Shown here piece after piece: positions 49,320 to 54,423 of a DNA stretch of 54,423 nt; positions within the stretch are counted from its first letter, which is position 1; each line of letters begins with the position of its first letter. A program made the position numbers and the translations under genes. The notes beneath the pieces are model-generated. The model saw only the letters and a list, made by a program, of their open reading frames with translations. It was not told where the DNA came from and made no database searches. The stretch covers positions 1 to 54,423 of the IMG/VR virus record IMGVR_UViG_3300023174_000213; one strand, given 5' to 3'. The stretch is from a virus (taxonomy: Duplodnaviria; Caudoviricetes).

Positions 49320-50134
49320 TGGAAAAGTTTACGAGCAAGAGCTACACGGTGGCGTGGGATGATCGACTTTACGTTACTAGAGACTTTGAAAAGCAAATGC
49401 GTGGTCTGGACTATTTAATTTGGGATCGATGCACTGAAGAGCAACGCTTTGTGAAATGGAAGCGTGCAGACGACGTTAGATACTTTGGACACGTCTATAA
49501 CTCGCTAGTTGACTTTTCGTACACAGAGCATGATGTATTTATATTTAGTGCTGGAGACATTCTGTGCGACGACTTCCCAGCATTCGTTCATAAGGTCGAA
49601 GACCACATGCTAAAGGATCAAGACACTTGGCTCATGTCACCTCACCTCCCTACTGACGGTGGTTCGGGCATGACCACGGCTATTGCTCCCTCTACTATGT
49701 ACCCTGAGATGTTGCTTACAACAAATATCAATGGACTCTACTGGGCTATGCGTCGAGAACTGGCCCTGATGCTCCTCGACTACTATGAGTGGATGCTGGA
49801 AAGGGGATTCATGGACTTCTCCAAGATGATATCTGGACACTGCCTAGACTGGGTTTACTCGGCTATGGTCTTGATGAACAACAAGAAGATCTACCGCGAT
49901 ATGAGTACAGAAATGTTTGAAGTAGAGGGTACAAGTTACGATACTAAGACAGCTCTCTGGGAGTGCAATATGGTTAAAGATCGATACATCGACTGGGAGA
50001 CTCTCCGAGGTAATACAGAAAAAGCGGTGCGGGCTATCTACCATACAATGAATACTAAGGCTCATAGTTTCCCCAAGGTATATATCGAACTTGAGACCGC
50101 CTACCCCCTCATGACCAAACGATTTGAGTACTAA
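49319..50134 (+). CDS. Hypothetical protein, possible GT-A fold
   Basis: FIFSAGDILCDD (DxD-like), WAMRREL, GHCLDW; coupled to the cytidylyltransferase. Confidence 0.4.
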   Translation: MEKFTSKSYTVAWDDRLYVTRDFEKQMRGLDYLIWDRCTEEQRFVKWKRADDVRYFGHVYNSLVDFSYTEHDVFIFSAGDILCDDFPAFVHKVEDHMLKDQDTWLMSPHLPTDGGSGMTTAIAPSTMYPEMLLTTNINGLYWAMRRELALMLLDYYEWMLERGFMDFSKMISGHCLDWVYSAMVLMNNKKIYRDMSTEMFEVEGTSYDTKTALWECNMVKDRYIDWETLRGNTEKAVRAIYHTMNTKAHSFPKVYIELETAYPLMTKRFEY

Positions 50135-50559
50135 TGTCTGACATTACTGTCTACACAGGCGGAAGCTTTGATCTCCCGCACTCTGGGCACTTTCGACTTC
50201 TCAAGCGCTGTTCCGAGATTGGTCGCGTGGTGGTATCTCTCAACACCGACGAGTTCTACACGTCGTATCGTGGGTATGCGCCTGCTATGACATTCTCGGA
50301 GCGCCGTGAAATTTTAATGGCCTGTCGTTGGGTAGACGAGGTGATCCCTAACGTGGGCGGGGCTGACTCTAAGATTACGATTGATATTGTGAAGCCGGAC
50401 TACATCGTGATTGGCTCTGACTGGGCGAAGAAGGATTATTACGGTCAGATGGGCTTTGATCAGGACTGGCTTGATGATCGAGGAATTGGGTTGGTCTATA
50501 TTCCGTACACTCGTGGGATTAGTAGCTCAGACCTCAAGAAAAGGATTGCAGAACGCTAG
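50134..50559 (+). CDS. Cytidylyltransferase (TagD/RfaE-like HxGH nucleotidyltransferase)
   Basis: GGSFDLPHSGH, NTDEF, WVDEV, GSDW, YTRGISSS. Confidence 0.88.
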   Translation: MSDITVYTGGSFDLPHSGHFRLLKRCSEIGRVVVSLNTDEFYTSYRGYAPAMTFSERREILMACRWVDEVIPNVGGADSKITIDIVKPDYIVIGSDWAKKDYYGQMGFDQDWLDDRGIGLVYIPYTRGISSSDLKKRIAER

Positions 50560-50574
50560 ACCTCGTGCTACTAT
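50546..50574 (+). promoter_or_regulatory. Sigma70/SigA-type promoter TTGCAG-N17-TACTAT with extended TG
   Basis: -35 at 50546-50551, TG 50566-50567, -10 at 50569-50574. Confidence 0.6.
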
Positions 50575-50579
50575 ATGTA

Positions 50580-50647
50580 GACGGACTGGTCCGCAAGGGT
50601 AGGCGCGGCTACAGTGAGAGCAGAGGTTCAAATCCTCGAAGTCCGTT
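50580..50647 (+). ncRNA. tRNA-like small RNA (acceptor-like stem + T-arm, no canonical anticodon arm)
   Basis: GACGGACT/AGTCCGTT closing stem; GAGG-TTCAAAT-CCTC T-arm; TCC-GCAA-GGG hairpin; flanked by promoter and terminator. Confidence 0.55.
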
Positions 50648-50648
50648 A

Positions 50649-50678
50649 ACAAAGCCCTTGCTTCGGTAGGGGCTTTGT
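50649..50678 (+). terminator. Rho-independent terminator
   Basis: ACAAAGCCCTTGC-TTCG-GTAGGGGCTTTGT. Confidence 0.7.
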
Positions 50679-50694
50679 GCTATGTTAGAGGCAT

Positions 50695-50937
50695 ATGGGT
50701 ACAGCATTTCAACCAGGCGTCAATGATCTAGTCACTAGGTGCCCTGATCTTATTTCAGATTGGTCTCCGCGTAATAACTTTCTACCCTCTAGCGTTGCCG
50801 CTGGGAGTGGTCGTGCAGCGTGGTGGGTCTGCTCTACGTGCGGCCATGAGTGGATGGCGTCGATTTACAGCCGAGGACTGCAAGCTACCGCATGTCCTAT
50901 TTGTGCTCGTCGGGCTCGACGCACCCGAGTTAGTTGA
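50695..50937 (+). CDS. Zinc-ribbon (treble-clef type) protein
   Basis: NDL...P.L..DW...N...P.....GS...WW.CSTCGHEW......R.....CPIC. Confidence 0.7.
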   Translation: MGTAFQPGVNDLVTRCPDLISDWSPRNNFLPSSVAAGSGRAAWWVCSTCGHEWMASIYSRGLQATACPICARRARRTRVS

Positions 50938-50952
50938 TGATAGACTAAGGCC

Positions 50953-51129
50953 ATGCCTACATATGACTACTCCTGTGAGACCTGCAACGATGTTATCGAG
51001 GTCGTTCGTGGTGTCGATGACACTGACAGTGTGACCTGCGCTACATGCGGTACCACTCGTAAAAGAAAGTTTACTTCTCCTCCCGTAATGTTTGTTGACA
51101 AAAACGGCGCTGGGAAGTACATCAAGTGA
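50953..51129 (+). CDS. FmdB-like zinc ribbon protein (58 aa, missing from track)
   Basis: MPTYDYSCETC...CATCG...FTSPPVMF; leaderless -10 TAGACT; GTGA overlap with the next gene. Confidence 0.75.
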   Translation: MPTYDYSCETCNDVIEVVRGVDDTDSVTCATCGTTRKRKFTSPPVMFVDKNGAGKYIK

Positions 51130-51800
51130 TCCCACACTACGACGTTCTTATTGCGACGCCTGGGAAGATGCTTCACGCTGAGTACGTCCAGAGTCTGGTC
51201 GATACCATCCGCGAACTTGAGAAGCGGGGATTGACTTACCGTTTCTTGAGCAAGCAGTCTTCGTTTATCCCCAGCGGTCGAGAATTTGTTGCCGTTGATC
51301 AGTACGAGAATGACTGGAAGACGCGTGAAGTTGGTTCTGGTCAGTATACCTATGGCAAGATTTTCTGGATCGACTCAGACATCATCTGGGAGTCGTGGCA
51401 GTTTATGCATATCTTGGACAGTGACGAAGACGTAATTTCTGGACTTTACGCCAGCACCCCGGAGGGGATTGTTGCGTGTAGTGTGTTCCACCCAGAGCTT
51501 GAGGGCGAGTTTCCGGTCACGACACATGAGTCTAACTTCTTCATGCAGAGTGACCCTGTCGAAGTGTTTGGTGTTGGGTTCGGCTTTGTGGCAATGAAGC
51601 AGGGTGTGTTCGAGAAGTGTGATCGACCGTGGTTCAAGATCGAGCACATCAAATGGCCTGAGATTGACTTTATGACAAATGTAGGAGAAGATTACTCGTG
51701 GTGCATGAACGCACGGCGCAATGGCTTCAAGATTATGCTGGACCCGACAATTAGGGTCAAGCACGGTAAAGAGACATTTTACGAACTTCCACCAGCGTAG
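51126..51800 (+). CDS. Glycosyltransferase-like protein (GT-A)
   Basis: VLIATP, FWIDSDI, GFGFVAM..GVF, GEDYSWC, V.H. Confidence 0.7.
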   Translation: MIPHYDVLIATPGKMLHAEYVQSLVDTIRELEKRGLTYRFLSKQSSFIPSGREFVAVDQYENDWKTREVGSGQYTYGKIFWIDSDIIWESWQFMHILDSDEDVISGLYASTPEGIVACSVFHPELEGEFPVTTHESNFFMQSDPVEVFGVGFGFVAMKQGVFEKCDRPWFKIEHIKWPEIDFMTNVGEDYSWCMNARRNGFKIMLDPTIRVKHGKETFYELPPA

Positions 51801-51810
51801 ACAGGGACAC

Positions 51811-52269
51811 ATGAGTACCAAACGAAAACTGATCATCTGCCGAGGCATCCCCGCAAGCGGGAAGACGACATGGGCGCTTGAGTGGCTCTCGCAAGATCCG
51901 TCTAATCGAGCTCGGGTCAATCGTGATGACATTCGCTGGATGGTATTCAACTCAGGGCACGGAGATAACGTCGACGAAAGTATCATCACCCGGATCCACA
52001 ACGCGGCCCTTCAGCAGTTGATGTATGAGGGACGTGACATCGTGGTTGACAATACCAACCTCTACAAGTCCAATGTCTCGTACCTCAAGAAGATTGCTCG
52101 AGAGAACGGATACATTGTTGAGTTCCGTGACTTCATCATTACTTATGAGGAAGCCCTCCAGCGGGATCGAGGCCGCGCCCGTCCGGTGGGCGATGACATT
52201 GTGTTTTCATTCTTCCAGCGCTACACCATTGATGGTGCTGGTCACTTACCTAAGCCACCGCTCAAGTGA
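51811..52269 (+). CDS. Polynucleotide kinase-like P-loop kinase (AAA_33)
   Basis: RGIPASGKTT, VNRDDIR, VVDNTN, RD..R; start refined to 51811. Confidence 0.8.
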   Translation: MSTKRKLIICRGIPASGKTTWALEWLSQDPSNRARVNRDDIRWMVFNSGHGDNVDESIITRIHNAALQQLMYEGRDIVVDNTNLYKSNVSYLKKIARENGYIVEFRDFIITYEEALQRDRGRARPVGDDIVFSFFQRYTIDGAGHLPKPPLK

Positions 52270-52511
52270 TGAGTAAAGCGCGTATGGCATGGGAGTTAGC
52301 CAAGAAAGTCCCACTTCATCTTAAGATTATTCTTTTCTTATCAGTGCTTTACTTGTTGTCTCCAATTGACTTGATCCCTGACTTTATTCCAGTGATCGGC
52401 CAGCTAGACGACATTCTTTTGATAACATTAGTTGTCAGGTACGCATCTAAATATCTGAGTGAGGACCCTCAATTTCAAGAGTTGGTACATAAAATGGAGG
52501 TTAAAAAATGA
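52266..52511 (+). CDS. DUF1232/YkvA-like membrane protein
   Basis: YLLSPIDLIPDFIPVIGQLDD signature. Confidence 0.85.
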   Translation: MMSKARMAWELAKKVPLHLKIILFLSVLYLLSPIDLIPDFIPVIGQLDDILLITLVVRYASKYLSEDPQFQELVHKMEVKK

Positions 52512-52654
52512 CACTATTTATCTACTTCAGTGCTTTGCTCATAGGCTATGGAGTACTGACTCTTATAGCCTTATTTGGTCTGGTGATGTTGTATGGTGCA
52601 ATTGATGAAATCGTGCGCCACGTGATCAATAAACCTCGAAAGAAGAAGTATTAA
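52508..52654 (+). CDS. Small single-TM protein (48 aa, missing from track)
   Basis: SD GGAGG, ATGA overlap; MTLFIYFSALLIGYGVLTLIALFGLVMLYGAIDEIVRHVINKPRKKKY. Confidence 0.6.
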   Translation: MTLFIYFSALLIGYGVLTLIALFGLVMLYGAIDEIVRHVINKPRKKKY

Positions 52655-52690
52655 ATTTGACTTCGATGCAAGGTGCGATACACTTGCAGA

Positions 52691-53644
52691 ATGACAAAAG
52701 CACTTGATCTTTTCGCAGGGACTGGCTGGGGCGTAGCCTGTCAATGGCTTGGCATCGAGGAAATGGGTGTCGAGATTATGCCTGATGCGGTAGCCACTCG
52801 AGCAGCTAACGGCATGACCACCATCTACAACGACGTGTGGAATGGACTTCTTGACTCCTCGTTCCAAGAGGACTACGACATTCTGATCGCTTCTCCTCCG
52901 TGCCAGACCTTTTCGGTAGCCGGAGATGGAGATGGACGCAAGGCACTAGAAGAAGTATTGTCTGCTATTTCTACTGGTGTCTATAAAGACCCAGTTGCAC
53001 TACACGAGCTCACTACGCTCACTGATCCGCGTACGGCACTCGTACTTACTCCTCTTGCTCACGTGTGGCGAGATCGACCGATGTACGTTGTGTTCGAGCA
53101 GGTGCCTCCGGTACTTCCTGTGTGGGTTGCATGTGGTGCGGCCATGGAAGAGATGGGCTACTCTGTATGGACGGGAAACCTCCACGCCGAGGAGTACAAC
53201 GTACCTCAGACTCGCAAGCGAGCTGTTCTGATTGCTCGTCGTGATGAAGTCGAAGCAACAAAGCCTAGGTCTGCTCGGACGGACGGACCATACTCAAAGA
53301 CCAAGTCTGCTCGCTGGCACAGCATGTTTGATGCGCTCAAGTGGGGGTTCGTAAGTCGTCCTGCCATGACCGTATCGAACGCAGTCGGTCGAGGACTTCA
53401 AGGCGGTTCCGGCGCTCGCAAGACGATTCAATATGCACTCGCGGATGGTACGTTTATACCGAGCATCCACGCCAAAGACAACAGCTATGCCGAGTCAACT
53501 CGTATTACCGTGGAAGAGGCGGGAGTACTGCAGAGTTACCCGCGTGATTTTAAGTGGCAGGGAACTAAGACTAACCAGTTCTTGCAGATTGGAAATGCTG
53601 TGCCTCCTCTAATGGCGCAAGCAATCCTTCGAATGTTCTTGTGA
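52691..53644 (+). CDS. DNA cytosine-5 methyltransferase
   Basis: DLFAG.G, SPPCQTFS, EQV, PQTRKR, QIGNAVPP; promoter TTGACT-N16-TACACT then leaderless ATG 52691. Confidence 0.9.
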   Translation: MTKALDLFAGTGWGVACQWLGIEEMGVEIMPDAVATRAANGMTTIYNDVWNGLLDSSFQEDYDILIASPPCQTFSVAGDGDGRKALEEVLSAISTGVYKDPVALHELTTLTDPRTALVLTPLAHVWRDRPMYVVFEQVPPVLPVWVACGAAMEEMGYSVWTGNLHAEEYNVPQTRKRAVLIARRDEVEATKPRSARTDGPYSKTKSARWHSMFDALKWGFVSRPAMTVSNAVGRGLQGGSGARKTIQYALADGTFIPSIHAKDNSYAESTRITVEEAGVLQSYPRDFKWQGTKTNQFLQIGNAVPPLMAQAILRMFL

Positions 53645-53656
53645 TAAACTTTTTCT

Positions 53657-53854
53657 ATGAGTAGTCCACACACATATCGCGTTGATATTTATCAAGACGG
53701 CCCTGACTGGGTCGCGCAAGTTTCAATCAACGGTGAAGAGAGCGAGTGTGTCATTGAAAAGCACCTCGACACCCTACTTGCTGACGTTGCGGAGATTGTC
53801 TTAGACGATGAAGAAGCATTCTCCAATGGCGACGACGATCTTTTAGAGTTCTAG
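53657..53854 (+). CDS. Small very acidic protein, HicB-N-like pattern
   Basis: YRVDIYQDGPDWVAQV...LDTLLADVAEIV; leaderless -10 TAAACT. Confidence 0.55.
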   Translation: MSSPHTYRVDIYQDGPDWVAQVSINGEESECVIEKHLDTLLADVAEIVLDDEEAFSNGDDDLLEF

Positions 53855-53859
53855 ATTCT

Positions 53860-53931
53860 GCCCTAATAGCTCAAAGGCAGAGCGCCGCTCTTGTAAAGCG
53901 GAGGTTGTGATCTCGGAATTCACTTGGGGCT
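53860..53931 (+). tRNA. tRNA-Thr(UGU) with atypical T-loop; CCA not encoded
   Basis: Acceptor GCCCTAA/TTGGGGC, D-stem GCTC/GAGC, anticodon arm CCGCT-CTTGTAA-AGCGG (TGT 53892-53894), T-arm GTGAT-CTCGGAA-TTCAC. Confidence 0.85.
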
Positions 53932-53954
53932 CAATAATGTGGTAGATTAGTGCC

Positions 53955-54101
53955 ATGGAACGCAACCAGGTGATCTTGGCATCGAGTGAATTTTACGCTG
54001 CCTACCAGTACGCGCAAGAGCGCGGCTGGAGCGACACATACTGGATTTGGCGGCCATCTGGTTGGGAACAAGTTCTTGAGTATCGTCTAGTGGAGGTCTA
54101 A
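53955..54101 (+). CDS. Small hypothetical protein (48 aa, missing from track)
   Basis: MERNQVILASSEFYAAYQYAQERGWSDTYWIWRPSGWEQVLEYRLVEV; leaderless -10 TAGATT; TAATG coupling. Confidence 0.6.
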   Translation: MERNQVILASSEFYAAYQYAQERGWSDTYWIWRPSGWEQVLEYRLVEV

Positions 54102-54304
54102 TGGAATACGTCATTATCTTTATAGTCGTCGGCATGATTGTCGGCGTTGTCGCTGTTTTCCTGATTGGTAAATTTTTTGTTGATTCTCTTCCTGAAATTG
54201 ACCAGCTCCTTTGGGATGATGTTGAATGGGATGGTCCCGATGAGGATAAAAAGATTCAACCCCTACTTGGAGTAGTGCACCCCAATAACTCGGATCTTCT
54301 CTAG
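54101..54304 (+). CDS. Small single-TM protein
   Basis: N-terminal hydrophobic helix, acidic tail; SD GGAGG. Confidence 0.65.
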   Translation: MEYVIIFIVVGMIVGVVAVFLIGKFFVDSLPEIDQLLWDDVEWDGPDEDKKIQPLLGVVHPNNSDLL

Positions 54305-54319
54305 CTGCCAGAGAGACAC

Positions 54320-54349
54320 TAAAGCCCCTCGGTTTCCCGGGGGGCTTTA
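54320..54349. terminator. Bidirectional-type hairpin terminator
   Basis: TAAAGCCCCTCGG-TTTC-CCGGGGGGCTTTA. Confidence 0.7.
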
Positions 54350-54423
54350 ATGTAGACGAGGGATCACCTCCTAGTACGAGGCTACCTCTTCTGTGGTATG
54401 CCGCCAATATGAATTCAGGTCTA

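Noticed and set aside
54350-54423. 16S rRNA fragment or host junction
   Set aside because: Match is limited to 12 nt and the flanks do not resemble rRNA
1-54423. Prophage/integration module
   Set aside because: No integrase, repressor or att-like boundary recognised; the rest of the genome is outside the window, so lifestyle is not settled

Overview
A ~54 kb piece of a tailed (siphovirus-type) phage genome, most likely an actinobacteriophage (WhiB gene, actinobacterial-type TAnnnT and leaderless promoters, mycobacteriophage cluster-B-like head genes). The window starts inside the capsid maturation protease. It then runs through head, tail and fibre genes (1-29.3 kb), a replication/recombination block (PolA, RuvC-like, SNF2 helicase, Cas4-like nuclease, Sak4-like ATPase, SSB, WhiB), a reverse-strand lysis/membrane cassette, a primase-helicase, and an accessory region (glycosyltransferases, kinases, C5 methyltransferase, tRNA-Thr). 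No integrase, reverse transcriptase or CRISPR array is seen. Main observations: (1) Baseplate proteins appear built from nested ('matryoshka') copies of one small beta-barrel. The hub protein has six N-halves followed by six C-halves. The Dit-like protein has seven N-halves completed by 2+5 C-halves spread over two in-frame genes separated by TAG-CAC. (2) An intact Dps/ferritin domain is embedded in the capsid protease polyprotein. (3) Fibre genes appear daisy-chained through split docking motifs. (4) A stand-alone tRNA-like small RNA has its own promoter and terminator, and the tRNA-Thr(UGU) has a non-canonical T-loop. All family assignments come from motif recognition by eye; no database searches were run.
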